Source of the DNA: a virus
Taxonomy: Duplodnaviria; Caudoviricetes
Length of the DNA stretch: 43,070 bases
Virus record (IMG/VR): IMGVR_UViG_3300017747_002824
Coordinates: 1 to 43,070 of that record
Direction: 5' to 3' (one strand)
This document shows positions 25,336 to 35,105 of this stretch, piece by piece. The notes below the pieces were generated by a model. It was not told the origin of the DNA and made no database searches. It saw only the letters and a program-made list of their open reading frames with translations. Within the stretch, counting starts at the first letter, position 1, and the number at the start of each line of letters is the position of its first letter. Both the position numbers and the translations under genes were made by a program.

Positions 25336-26877
25336 ATGCCGGTTACAAAGACGATCGTATACGACGATTGGAGCAAGGGCGAGTTCGGGACCATGAACCC
25401 GGCCAAAGCCCCGAACGGGTCGTGGACGGGCACCAACGTCGTTGCCTACCGCAACAACCGCATCGGCCCCCGCCCCGGCCTCAAGGAAGTCACGCCGTCA
25501 ACAAGTCCGTCCAAGAACGGACCACTTCTCGGACTCGGGTTCAGCCCGGTGGCGCAGGACAACAACAAGCCGATCTTCTTCATCCTTGAAGACCGGGTGT
25601 ACGGCTTTGACCCGCAGGTTGCGGGGTCCCTGCAATCCGCCACGCCCGACCTGACGACCGCACCCACGGACACCGACTCTCAGGTCGTGCTGTCCAAGGA
25701 GTCCTGCCGCCTCATCGGGGATGAGGTCTACTTCACGATTGACAACGACTCGGCGTACCGCCTCAACCTGCGTACCGCCCTTGTAGGGGATCAGCCCGTG
25801 CTGACCCTCATCACAGACTCTGACCCCGAAGGTGCAGGCACCGACATTGAACTGCACCGTGACCGCATGTTCGTCTGCAACGGCGGGGTGCGGGTGTTCT
25901 ACTCGGACGCTGCGGACTTCGAGACGTGGGCTGCGGGTTCGTTCTTCGACGTAGGCGCTGCCTACCGGATCATCTCCATGCTGTCATTTCGTGACGCCTT
26001 GGTGTTCTTCACGCAGTCCGGCGTGTGGGCGATGACCGGCTCTAGCCCCGCAGACGGCACGTTCCGGCGTGTAGCGGAGTCCCTGTCCCCGCTGGACAAG
26101 GGCGCGATCATCACCAACGATTCCATCATCTACATCCCCGCCTCTCGCAACGCCCCCGTGGTGTTCAACGGTTCCTTCGGGGATGAGGAGTCCCTGCTCC
26201 ACCTTGATACTTGGAAGACCACAAGCAGCGCCGCTTACGGCGTGCAGTCCTACGGGAACCGGGACGTGCTGTTCCTGTCCGGCACGGACGGGGACCTGCT
26301 GTGGCGCAAGGAGGGCGCTTGGACGGTGCATGACCTTGAGGTGACGGCAGGGCCGTGGATCACCCGGTACTTTGATGACAACGTGCTCATCGCCTATGAG
26401 GGCACGTCCCTCATTGACCCGAAGTTCTACATGCTTGCCATGAACCTTGACCGCCCCGCTTTCACGTCTGACACTTGGGCGCAGCCGGGCGATGACAGCA
26501 CCACGCCGCTCTCGGCCTCCTTCACGCTGCCTGACTACCAGGCCCCCGAAGGCAAGGAAGTGCGGGTCCGGTCGGTCACCGTGGATTACGTCAAGTACGC
26601 CACGGGCAGCGCCACGGCCAACAACATCGACCTGTCCGTCACCACCATGTTCCGTGAGAACCTGCCCGGTACGGCGGTGAGTGCCGAATCTCCCCGCACG
26701 ATCTTCAACGAGGCGGGCACGTCAGCGACCACGGACGGTACCACGGCCCGTGCGATCGCCCGAGGGTTTGCAGGCGGGTTCGGTGGGTCCTACCGTCTTG
26801 CCTTCTCTAGCCTGCGGGGTGTGGCGATCGACCGTGTGATCGTGGAGATTGAAGAGCAGGACGCCCCCGTTGTCTGA
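25336..26877 (+). CDS. tail nozzle/stabilisation protein (P22 gp10 / tubular B-like)
   Basis: Follows the adaptor; RIGPRPG, HRDRMF, VFYSD beta-propeller-like features. Confidence 0.7.
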   Translation: MPVTKTIVYDDWSKGEFGTMNPAKAPNGSWTGTNVVAYRNNRIGPRPGLKEVTPSTSPSKNGPLLGLGFSPVAQDNNKPIFFILEDRVYGFDPQVAGSLQSATPDLTTAPTDTDSQVVLSKESCRLIGDEVYFTIDNDSAYRLNLRTALVGDQPVLTLITDSDPEGAGTDIELHRDRMFVCNGGVRVFYSDAADFETWAAGSFFDVGAAYRIISMLSFRDALVFFTQSGVWAMTGSSPADGTFRRVAESLSPLDKGAIITNDSIIYIPASRNAPVVFNGSFGDEESLLHLDTWKTTSSAAYGVQSYGNRDVLFLSGTDGDLLWRKEGAWTVHDLEVTAGPWITRYFDDNVLIAYEGTSLIDPKFYMLAMNLDRPAFTSDTWAQPGDDSTTPLSASFTLPDYQAPEGKEVRVRSVTVDYVKYATGSATANNIDLSVTTMFRENLPGTAVSAESPRTIFNEAGTSATTDGTTARAIARGFAGGFGGSYRLAFSSLRGVAIDRVIVEIEEQDAPVV

Positions 26878-27391
26878 GTTCCGCACCCCGCACGCCTTCG
26901 AGAATGTGGCTCAGGCGATCCAAGACGCTGTGGATCCCGAGAAGCCGCAGACGATGGGCGCTGCCATCAACCTTGTGAATGAGAACGCCCGTGCTGTTGA
27001 GGATGCAATCAACGGGATAGGTACCAGCAGTAGCGGGACTTCTTTCGGAACTGAGGTGACAGCGACCGAGGGGGGCTCACCCCCGTTCACGGAAATACTA
27101 GATGGGGGTGTCTGGCTAGTTGACGCTGTTGTCACTGGAACATGGATCGGGGCCGCAGGCACGTTTTCGGCGCAGATCAAGGACATTGGTGGCGGGGTGT
27201 ATTCTAGTCTTCTTGTGCAGGATGGTGCCGTGGACCCGGTTCTCTTTATACCGTCGTACCGCTATCGTTCCCTCGGTACTTCTGATAACAGGTTGGGTGT
27301 GGATGCTCTGTACCTGAGTGGTGTCCCAGCCAATGCAACCCCTGGCTGGGCCATCACGGCCACATACCTCGGCCCTATTGCGTCCCCCTAG
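26870..27391 (+). CDS. putative tail tip/fibre-like protein
   Basis: Overlaps the nozzle stop; start uncertain (26849 or 26870); lower-GC 3' half. Confidence 0.55.
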   Translation: MSEFRTPHAFENVAQAIQDAVDPEKPQTMGAAINLVNENARAVEDAINGIGTSSSGTSFGTEVTATEGGSPPFTEILDGGVWLVDAVVTGTWIGAAGTFSAQIKDIGGGVYSSLLVQDGAVDPVLFIPSYRYRSLGTSDNRLGVDALYLSGVPANATPGWAITATYLGPIASP

Positions 27392-27410
27392 CGTCTGCTA
27401 GACTGTTCCC

Positions 27411-27965
27411 GTGCCGTCAAACGTCTTTTCAGCGCCCGCTAACGGGGGAACCCGTATGTCAGGGCAAGGCTTGCAGCGGCGGCAGTCAAGTTCAGCGACC
27501 GGGCCTGGTCTCCCCCCTGCTGCTTCTGCCGCCGCTGCCGCTCAACAGCCTGCCGCCTCGGCGTCTGCTGACCCCGCCTACCTCGCCTACCTGCGGGGTG
27601 CAGGCGTAGAGGAGTCGGCTCTCAACAACGTCCTCGGCACCCGTGTTTCCTCGCTTGTGCGGCAGCTTGGACGGGAACTTCCCGCCTACGCTGACAAGCG
27701 GGAACGGGCTGTGGAAGGTGCCGGGAACGCTGCGGAGAGCCGGGGGTTCTTTAGAAGCGGGCAGCGCATGACCGATCAGTTCCGTGCCGGGTATGACGTG
27801 GACCGGGAACGCAACAACTTCGAGGCCGGGATTCGGGATCAGATTGCGGAACTGTACGGGGTGAACGCCCTTGACATTGCCCGCATCCGGCAAGGTCTCA
27901 CCGAAGAAGGAATCAACGGAGCGCAGCAAGTGACCCTCAACAACGCAGCAGGCGGGATCTACTAA
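27411..27965 (+). CDS. putative internal virion protein
   Basis: Ala/Gly/Gln-rich; leaderless, TGC-TAGACT promoter. Confidence 0.6.
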   Translation: MPSNVFSAPANGGTRMSGQGLQRRQSSSATGPGLPPAASAAAAAQQPAASASADPAYLAYLRGAGVEESALNNVLGTRVSSLVRQLGRELPAYADKRERAVEGAGNAAESRGFFRSGQRMTDQFRAGYDVDRERNNFEAGIRDQIAELYGVNALDIARIRQGLTEEGINGAQQVTLNNAAGGIY

Positions 27966-28987
27966 TGCCGTCAACCGGGAACACCGCAGGAGAAGTAGAT
28001 CAGCAGAAGATGGCGCTCCTCACCGCCATCGCACAGCAGGGGTCGCAGGGGCAGGTGGCGTTCCAAGCGGAAGCCGCCCGCCGTACCGCCGCACAGCAAG
28101 CCGCCGTCGCCTCCGTTGCGGGGCAGTCCAAGATGTCTGGCTCCGCAGGCAATGCCCCGAAGGCGTTCACGCAGGAACTGCAAGGCAAGACCGCCGCACA
28201 AGGTGACGTGTACGCCCAAGACGCCGCTATGTCACAGGGGGCGTTCAACAACAGCATTGCTCAGACCTCCGCCTCCACCGCTGCGTACATGGATCAGGCC
28301 CGTGCCGCTGTTCCTGTGGTGCAGGCTCAGACCGCAGGACTCGTCGCTCAGATCCGTGCCGAGCAGGAAGCCGCCGCTGCGGACCGTGCCTACGAACTTG
28401 AGCAGCGACGTATTGAGGCCGAGCAATCCGCTCTGGACCGTGAGGAAGCCGAGAAGGAACGTGACCTACGCCAGTGGGAGCGGGAGCAGGAACTTCTTGA
28501 CAAGGCTGCGGAAAAGGATCTTGAGAAGGACGATGAGCGCCTGACAAGCCTGCTCAACCGTGCCGACACATCCGCACACCCAGCCGTCACCGCCGCCTTG
28601 GCGCAGATCGACAAGAACGGGATGACGTTCGAGGAAGCCGTCAAGGCTGCGAACGTCTACATCGACCGGCAGATCGACCCCGACACCGGTACCATTGAAG
28701 GGTTCAAGGGCAAGGACCGCCTTGACATGTTCCGATACGTCTACGAGTACTACACGGGAGAGAAGGCACCGACCGACGCCAACAAACTCGGAGACGCTAT
28801 TGGCAAAGCAGGCGGCGACCCGAACAAGGTCCCCGGCTACGTCCCCGAGAAGGACCGCAAGCGGGTTTCCGCCCGTACCCGACGCAATCCCGGCAGGACG
28901 CCCGTTACGGCGGACGACATTGCTAAGACCCGCAGGGGGCTGACAAGCATCTCCGACTACCTCGGCGGCGACCTCGGGGGCGACTGA
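27965..28987 (+). CDS. putative internal virion (ejection) protein
   Basis: Ala/Gln-rich coiled coil; TAATG coupling. Confidence 0.6.
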   Translation: MPSTGNTAGEVDQQKMALLTAIAQQGSQGQVAFQAEAARRTAAQQAAVASVAGQSKMSGSAGNAPKAFTQELQGKTAAQGDVYAQDAAMSQGAFNNSIAQTSASTAAYMDQARAAVPVVQAQTAGLVAQIRAEQEAAAADRAYELEQRRIEAEQSALDREEAEKERDLRQWEREQELLDKAAEKDLEKDDERLTSLLNRADTSAHPAVTAALAQIDKNGMTFEEAVKAANVYIDRQIDPDTGTIEGFKGKDRLDMFRYVYEYYTGEKAPTDANKLGDAIGKAGGDPNKVPGYVPEKDRKRVSARTRRNPGRTPVTADDIAKTRRGLTSISDYLGGDLGGD

Positions 28988-31900
28988 TGCTGCGCCGTTC
29001 ACGGGGCGGCTCCCGTGGTGGCGGGTCCGGGTTCACTCCCTTTGCTCCTGCCCGTAGTAGTTCAAGCGGCTTCGTCCCTAGCGGGGACGTAGAGGCCGAC
29101 CTCGCACGTCTCCAAACGCAGAAGTTGGTCAACGCTGTCAAGCGTGGAGAGATCCCCGGTGGTAGCCCCGAGAAGGAAGCAGAGCAGGAGGCTGACGCCC
29201 TCATCAAGCGCCTGCTCCTGTCGCCGGATGAGAAGGCGCAGCAGGAAGGTATCCGCCTGCAAGCCGCCCTCGGGGTAGGCGGAGCAGCCGCAGCGCTGCA
29301 AGCCGACCAGGCAAACAGCATCACCGCCAAGGCGCTCAAGGCGGGCGCACCCGTCATCGAGTTCATCAGCCGCCCGTCCAACATGACGCAGGAGGCAATC
29401 CAAGCGGGCGTGCAGGCCACGGGCGCTGACAAGTTGTTCTCCGGTGAGTGGCGTCTCAACGAGGACGAGAAGGCCACCGAACTGAGCAGCACCCGCCAAG
29501 CCAACGAGGCAGGCGCTGAGGAGAAGAAGGACCTTTCCCCCGAAGCCGCCGCTTTGCTCGGGGAGGGCAGCGCCGGTTCGGGCGGGTTCCGTGACGTGAT
29601 CCGTGCCGCAAAGGGTGAAGCACGGTGGGACCCTACCTCGCTCACCTACACCAAGAACCTGTCCTATCAGAACGCCCTCGGGTCCGATGACAGTTTCAAC
29701 ACGGGTGCGCTCGGGAAAGTCACCGATGTTGCCAACTTCACCGGCACCGCCGCCGTAGACCCCCTCAACTTCATCAGCGGCGGATCTGCCGGCGCTGTCC
29801 GCAAGACCGCCGCAGAAGGCGCTGAAACGTTGCTGCGGACGGGTGCGAAGGAACTCACCCCCGCCCTCGCCCGTGAACTCGGGCAAGAAACCGTAGAAGG
29901 ACTGAGCAAGGAAGCAGTCCAGCAGGCAATCCAGAAGGTCGGCATCCGTAAGGGACTCACACCTACGCAGCTTGACGACGTGACCCGTGGCCTACAGCCT
30001 TCGGCTGATGTGGCCCTCAAGGGTGACCGCCTTCCTCGCAGGGCAGTCCGTGCCCTGACCGGTAAGGGGACTCGCACCGGAGAGGAGCGGGTTGCCGAAG
30101 ACATCGTGACGCAGGCGCTCAAGTTCGACCGGGGCGGTGCCCGCATTGCGGGGCGTTCCCTCACGCCTGAGGCCGTCCGTGCCCCTGTGCGGGCCGCTGT
30201 GCGGGGTGAGCGCCGGGAGATCGGTGACACGCTTGCCCGTCAGGCACTCAACGAGGGGCAGCAACGGCTCGTCCTCAAGGCCGAGGAGAAGGCTGCTAAG
30301 AAACTTGCCAAGGCCGATGAATTCATTGCTGAGGCCGACCGTGTTGCCGTAGAAGGCAACCCCGAAGATGCTGTCAAGTTGTTCTCCAAGGCGAAGGGGG
30401 AGCAGACTAAGGCGGCGAAGGATCTTGCAAAGGCCGCAGAACTCGCCGGGGAAACCGACGTGCAGGCGCTCATGGACGCCGGGGCCGGGAACATCCTCAC
30501 CCCCACCGCTCTCGTCACGGAACGGCGCATCCTGCCCCGTACGACCGGGAAGATTCAGAAGGGTGCGGCAGGCATGTTCCGCACTCGCTCTGAGGTGCGG
30601 GCGTCCAAATCTCTGCCCGTAGGCACCGACAAGATCGTGGAAACCGCCAAGACGCAGGGTCAGGGTGCCGCAGGGCAGGCACGCCGCCAAGCCGAGCGGG
30701 TGCTAAACGCTGCCGTCCGAGACACCGACGCAATCACCCCCGAACTGATCGAAGGGACTAGGCGGGCGCTGGACGTCGGCGGCGACATTGACGAATACAT
30801 CAAGACGCTGCCTGCGGAGCAGATCCCCTACGCACAGGGCATGAAGGAACTGCGGAACAGCACTTACGACACACAGGTTGCTAAGCGTCTCGCTGACCCG
30901 TCCAAGCTGCGGGTCCGTGAGGACTACATGCCCCGCTACGTCACCAAGGAAGCAGCGGAGGCGCTAGAGAAGGCTGTCCGTCTGTACCCCGAAGACGTGA
31001 CGTTCTCGTCGTTCAGCACTGCACGGCAGCAGGCGGGGCAGGGTGGCCGTCTTCTCCGCAGGAAGTTCATGAAGGACTCCACGCTTGAGGAAGTGGATGC
31101 CGTCGTCTCGCAGAAGCTGATCGACGCCGGCCTGCTACCGGAAGGCTCGCACGCCCTAGAACTCGACCCAGCCGTCATCCTCCCCCGCCGTTTCAACGAC
31201 ATGCTGCCCGCCCTGCAACTCAAGGAGCAGGTCACCCGCATGGAAGACTCCGTGCGTGGCACGATGGGCGAGAAGTTGGTCAAGATCGTGCATCCCGGCG
31301 AGAAGGATCTGCCGAACCTTGCGCGCCGAGGGTTCAAGAAGATCCCGCTCGGAGAAGACGCCAACCTCGGGGCGATCTACGCACACCCCGACCTCGCCCC
31401 CGAGATCACCGACTACGTTCGGATGACGACCAACCCTGACGCTGTTGGCGAGTTCGGCAAGTTCATGGACGGGTGGAACCGCCTGTGGAAGTCCTACGCC
31501 ACCGTCCCGCTCCTGACCGGCACCGGGTTCCACGTCAAGAACAGCATCGGTAACACATTCAACAACTACCTCGCAGGCGTCAACACCGCCGCCTACAAGG
31601 AAGCGCTGGAACTGCAAGCAAACATCTGGAAAGCCAAGAGGCTGCACCCTGACCTGTCGGTGCCGGACGCCCTGCGGGCAATGAAGGTGCCGGACGACAG
31701 CGTGCGGAAGGCAGAACTCGCACTAGAGAACTCCGTGCTTGAGGAAGGCTTCTTCAACACCGACCTGTCGCAGCACGCCGAACTTGCCACGCAAGGCAAG
31801 CGGTCCAAGGGGCAGCGGGCACTCGCCAAGATTGACATTCGCAACCCGAACGAGATGTTCGGCGTTCCTACAGGGCGCAAGGTTGGAGAGCACATTGAGG

Positions 31901-32754
31901 ACAACGCCCGCCTCGCACACTTCATCTCCAAGCTGGACGAAACTGGGAGCGCCGTGGACGCTGCCACGTCCGTCCGCAAGTACCTGTTCGACTACGGGGA
32001 CCTGACCCCGTTCGAGCGCAAGGTGATGAAGCGGGCGCACGCCTTCTACACCTTCACCCGCAAGAACACGCCGTTGCAGTTCGCTGAACTTGCACGCAAC
32101 CCGTCCAAGTTCACTCGTGCCAACCTTGCCAAGAACATGATCCTCGGCAACGGGGAGGAAGACGGCAACGCACCTGACTTCATGTCGGAGATCGGGACCC
32201 CGCTCGGGAAGTCGCAATCCTCGTTCCTGTCCGGCACCGGTAACCCGGTGGTCGGCAACATCGAAACCCCGTTCGACGCCGCCATGAAGACTGCCGACCC
32301 CCTGCTGTTCCTTGCCGGAAAACGCAGCGGGCAGGAAGCAATGCAGGGCGTGGCAGGGAACTTCTCAGGCGGTCCCGCAGAAGTCGCCAAGATCATCGGA
32401 GACTACGCCTCCGGCAGCAGCAGCTTCACAGGTGCCGACCTCAAGTCTCAGGACGGAAACTACAAGATCAACCCGCTTGTGCGGCTGTCCACCGCTGTCG
32501 CTCCGAACATCAGCAAGGGGCTGCGGCTGCTCGGCTCTGACTCCGCAGGACCGCCCGGGGACTCTGCCCGCCTGCGGGTCATCAAGGCGCTCACGGGTAT
32601 TCAGGCAAAGGAACTGACCCCGGAGATGCGGGAGATCGCCGCATCACAGAAGGTCAGGACGGTACAGGACGTGATCGACGCCTTGAAGAAGGCAGGCGTG
32701 GCCGTACCCACTGAGAGCGAGTTGGAGCAACTCGGTCTGCTTGAGGAAGACTGA
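28987..32754 (+). CDS. large internal virion/DNA ejection protein (1255 aa)
   Basis: Last and largest structural gene; helical; GFHVKN, EDNARLA, LFDYGDLT, FYTFTRKN resemble podoviral large core proteins. Confidence 0.7.
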   Translation: MLRRSRGGSRGGGSGFTPFAPARSSSSGFVPSGDVEADLARLQTQKLVNAVKRGEIPGGSPEKEAEQEADALIKRLLLSPDEKAQQEGIRLQAALGVGGAAAALQADQANSITAKALKAGAPVIEFISRPSNMTQEAIQAGVQATGADKLFSGEWRLNEDEKATELSSTRQANEAGAEEKKDLSPEAAALLGEGSAGSGGFRDVIRAAKGEARWDPTSLTYTKNLSYQNALGSDDSFNTGALGKVTDVANFTGTAAVDPLNFISGGSAGAVRKTAAEGAETLLRTGAKELTPALARELGQETVEGLSKEAVQQAIQKVGIRKGLTPTQLDDVTRGLQPSADVALKGDRLPRRAVRALTGKGTRTGEERVAEDIVTQALKFDRGGARIAGRSLTPEAVRAPVRAAVRGERREIGDTLARQALNEGQQRLVLKAEEKAAKKLAKADEFIAEADRVAVEGNPEDAVKLFSKAKGEQTKAAKDLAKAAELAGETDVQALMDAGAGNILTPTALVTERRILPRTTGKIQKGAAGMFRTRSEVRASKSLPVGTDKIVETAKTQGQGAAGQARRQAERVLNAAVRDTDAITPELIEGTRRALDVGGDIDEYIKTLPAEQIPYAQGMKELRNSTYDTQVAKRLADPSKLRVREDYMPRYVTKEAAEALEKAVRLYPEDVTFSSFSTARQQAGQGGRLLRRKFMKDSTLEEVDAVVSQKLIDAGLLPEGSHALELDPAVILPRRFNDMLPALQLKEQVTRMEDSVRGTMGEKLVKIVHPGEKDLPNLARRGFKKIPLGEDANLGAIYAHPDLAPEITDYVRMTTNPDAVGEFGKFMDGWNRLWKSYATVPLLTGTGFHVKNSIGNTFNNYLAGVNTAAYKEALELQANIWKAKRLHPDLSVPDALRAMKVPDDSVRKAELALENSVLEEGFFNTDLSQHAELATQGKRSKGQRALAKIDIRNPNEMFGVPTGRKVGEHIEDNARLAHFISKLDETGSAVDAATSVRKYLFDYGDLTPFERKVMKRAHAFYTFTRKNTPLQFAELARNPSKFTRANLAKNMILGNGEEDGNAPDFMSEIGTPLGKSQSSFLSGTGNPVVGNIETPFDAAMKTADPLLFLAGKRSGQEAMQGVAGNFSGGPAEVAKIIGDYASGSSSFTGADLKSQDGNYKINPLVRLSTAVAPNISKGLRLLGSDSAGPPGDSARLRVIKALTGIQAKELTPEMREIAASQKVRTVQDVIDALKKAGVAVPTESELEQLGLLEED

Positions 32755-33067
32755 GCGCAAGCGGCACTGCCGCCAACGCCTCATAGACCGGAATGCCGAG
32801 GGTGCCGGCGTGCGCCACCTCAAGGTCAGCGCCGGGAGACTCACCCGTCAGACGCAGCAGGGCGTGACAGTGGCGGAGCAGATCAAAGTCATACGCCATC
32901 CAATCGTCGTACTCAACGGGAGACACTATCTGATGAATGACGGACCACTGCGGCAGGAACGGAATCCAACCGAGATCCCGCAGGGGCTGAAAGACCTCCG
33001 CCGCCTGCGCCACGCACCCAAACGGGTCCCGGCTGATCGGACCTGCAACGTAGATGAGCGGCTTCAT
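32654..33067 (-). CDS. NDT-fold (DUF4406/DUF1937-like) protein
   Basis: IYVAGPIS...D..LL..C.ALLRL.GESPGA..E...A...GIPV. Confidence 0.75.
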   Translation of the reverse strand: MKPLIYVAGPISRDPFGCVAQAAEVFQPLRDLGWIPFLPQWSVIHQIVSPVEYDDWMAYDFDLLRHCHALLRLTGESPGADLEVAHAGTLGIPVYEALAAVPLALSLPQADRVAPTRSQWVRPRLPSSRRRSRPVPS

Positions 33068-33237
33068 GCAACAACCACGAACGGATAAAGGTAGTCGTCG
33101 TCGCAAGGGTCTAGGGCGTACGCAGTGCCAGCACGCACACCTACAATATCTAGCCGCCCGTCCCACTGGTCCTCCCGAGTCACGGTCCAATCCTGCGGCA
33201 TCTCTTGCAACTTCTCAATCAACTCTGCAACGGTCAT
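33064..33237 (-). CDS. small hypothetical protein (MTVAELIEKLQEMPQD...)
   Basis: Translated by hand; common phage N-terminus; ATGA coupling on both sides. Confidence 0.65.
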   Translation of the reverse strand: MTVAELIEKLQEMPQDWTVTREDQWDGRLDIVGVRAGTAYALDPCDDDYLYPFVVVA

Positions 33238-34043
33238 TGCCAAAGGGTCCCTTCTTGGTCGGGGTACTTCTCATTCAGAAACTCACGGAGCGGGACGCCC
33301 TCATACTTCTGACACAAGTAGTCCATTGAGACCTCCATGATGTCAAACGCCCCATCCTTCACCTCATGGAAGACAAGCAGCCCACGCCAATGAGCGTTGC
33401 CCTGCACGCCCTTGTAGTCCTCATCATGCAGGTAGAAGGCACCCGCAATCACGCCCCGCTGCGCCCGCCCACGGACGAAACGAATGCAGGACTCATAGGT
33501 CTGTTGGTGCCCCTGAACGTAGGTGTGCCCGAGCGTCTTGAGCCGGGTCAGAGCTTGTCCCCCGTAGGGCTTTCCGGTCATCGGGTTCGGCCAGAAGTGG
33601 CAGTACGACACACCGTCCACATCCAACGGGGTCAGGAACGGAACCGTGATCCAATCCCGTGTGTCCAGATCATTGCCGACAAGGCCGATGAACTCGGGGT
33701 GTTCCTCAAGGAACCTGCGGATACGGTCCTCATGGTTCCCACCAAGCAGGTACTTGACGGGGGAGTACGGGGTCTTCCGCTTGCGGTTGGCGTCCACGGT
33801 CGGCTCGTCAATCAGACGCAGCCCCGTGTTGCCCGCCTGTACGTCCGCAGCGTAGCGCCGCCCCTCGAACTGAAACTTGCCCCGGTCCCACGACGACAGA
33901 GACTCCATGTCAAAGTGGTCACCGAGATGGACGATTACGTCAGGCTTTCGGTCCAGGATGTACCTGCCTGCCCACCGCAGGTGGTCCATCGGCACTCCTG
34001 GCTTGACCTGCGTGTCTGGAATCACAAGATGCGAACGAGTCAT
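33234..34043 (-). CDS. calcineurin-like metallophosphoesterase
   Basis: IPDTQ, HLGDHFD, GNHE, YCH, GHQQ motifs. Confidence 0.88.
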   Translation of the reverse strand: MTRSHLVIPDTQVKPGVPMDHLRWAGRYILDRKPDVIVHLGDHFDMESLSSWDRGKFQFEGRRYAADVQAGNTGLRLIDEPTVDANRKRKTPYSPVKYLLGGNHEDRIRRFLEEHPEFIGLVGNDLDTRDWITVPFLTPLDVDGVSYCHFWPNPMTGKPYGGQALTRLKTLGHTYVQGHQQTYESCIRFVRGRAQRGVIAGAFYLHDEDYKGVQGNAHWRGLLVFHEVKDGAFDIMEVSMDYLCQKYEGVPLREFLNEKYPDQEGTLWQ

Positions 34044-34495
34044 ACCAACCACCCCCAAGTTCTTCCAGCCTTCACGTCATGGATTGTTGCAGGGGACACG
34101 CCGTATAGCCTCGCAAGGGTGGGGATTGGTTCTGTGCTTTCCCTGATCCAACGGACGTACTGCTCATTCAGCTTGGCAGCAGCGCATCGCTCACCACGAT
34201 TGGACGTGCCGTCCGCCACCTTGTCCATCTGATTCTCTGCACGGGTAGCCCAACGCAGGTGGCGAGGATTGAAGCAGGCGGGCGTGTGGCAGGAGTGCGC
34301 CGCCTCAGCTTCGGCAGGAGGAGTGCCGTACGACAACTCGCAGGACAGCCGGTGCGTGTACCGCTTCTTGCGATTGATCCTGATTTCCCCGTACCCGACT
34401 CCGTTGTGGGAGTAGGGCCACAAGATACACTCATCTGTCTCCTGCTCTCGCAATGACAGGAACTCATCGAAGGCTTTGCCGTATGGTGCTCGCAA
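34040..34495 (-). CDS. HNH endonuclease
   Basis: CILW...GYG...THR...HSCHTPACFNPRHL..ATRAEN..D plus C-terminal HTH; own TGC-TACACT promoter and AAAGGAG RBS. Confidence 0.88.
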   Translation of the reverse strand: MRAPYGKAFDEFLSLREQETDECILWPYSHNGVGYGEIRINRKKRYTHRLSCELSYGTPPAEAEAAHSCHTPACFNPRHLRWATRAENQMDKVADGTSNRGERCAAAKLNEQYVRWIRESTEPIPTLARLYGVSPATIHDVKAGRTWGWLV

Positions 34496-34540
34496 GGTGG
34501 TCTCCTTTGTCGCTGTGTTCAGTGTAGCAGGTTCAGTGGT

Positions 34541-34816
34541 TCAGTACGGGATGCCTGCGGCCTCTAGCGCTGCACGGGCCTTAGCGTGCTCGGACTCGCA
34601 GTGGGTCACGAGAACCGTGAGATGTTCGATCTTCGCATCCTGCTCATCAAGCCGCTGCCGGTACTCACCGTTCAAAGCAATCGCTCCGTTCACAATGGAC
34701 GACATAGCATCGTCGCTGGACTTCCGGGCAGTCAGCCACAAACCGCCACCCCCGGTGAGGGCGGCAGCAACGGCACCAATGATGGTCAGGGTCGTAGCAC
34801 TCTGATCGCTAGGCAT
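34541..34816 (-). CDS. membrane-anchored coiled-coil lysis-cassette protein
   Basis: N-terminal TM plus coiled coil; downstream of the endolysin. Confidence 0.6.
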   Translation of the reverse strand: MPSDQSATTLTIIGAVAAALTGGGGLWLTARKSSDDAMSSIVNGAIALNGEYRQRLDEQDAKIEHLTVLVTHCESEHAKARAALEAAGIPY

Positions 34817-35105
34817 GGATTTGATCTCGCACCTTCCTCAAGATGTGCGACGAGTGCATCGCAGGCCACGCCCAAACAAAGAACCACACAGGGACCGACA
34901 CGCCCCGCATCACATACGACCAATCAGCGATAGCAAAGATCCCGGTCAACAGGACCCCGTAGGCTACAACGTAGATTGCCGCAAAGAACGCCACCGTGAA
35001 CCGCACCCACCGCCACTCAGCCCAACCGAACACACCGGACCACACGTTCGCCAAACAGGCAAACGCAGCTCCGGCCATGTTGAGGAGAATGACGGGGGTA
35101 CTCAC
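34809..35105 (-). CDS. 3-TM membrane protein (holin candidate)
   Basis: Three hydrophobic segments and a basic C-terminus; adjacent to the endolysin. Confidence 0.6.
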   Translation of the reverse strand: MSTPVILLNMAGAAFACLANVWSGVFGWAEWRWVRFTVAFFAAIYVVAYGVLLTGIFAIADWSYVMRGVSVPVWFFVWAWPAMHSSHILRKVRDQIHA

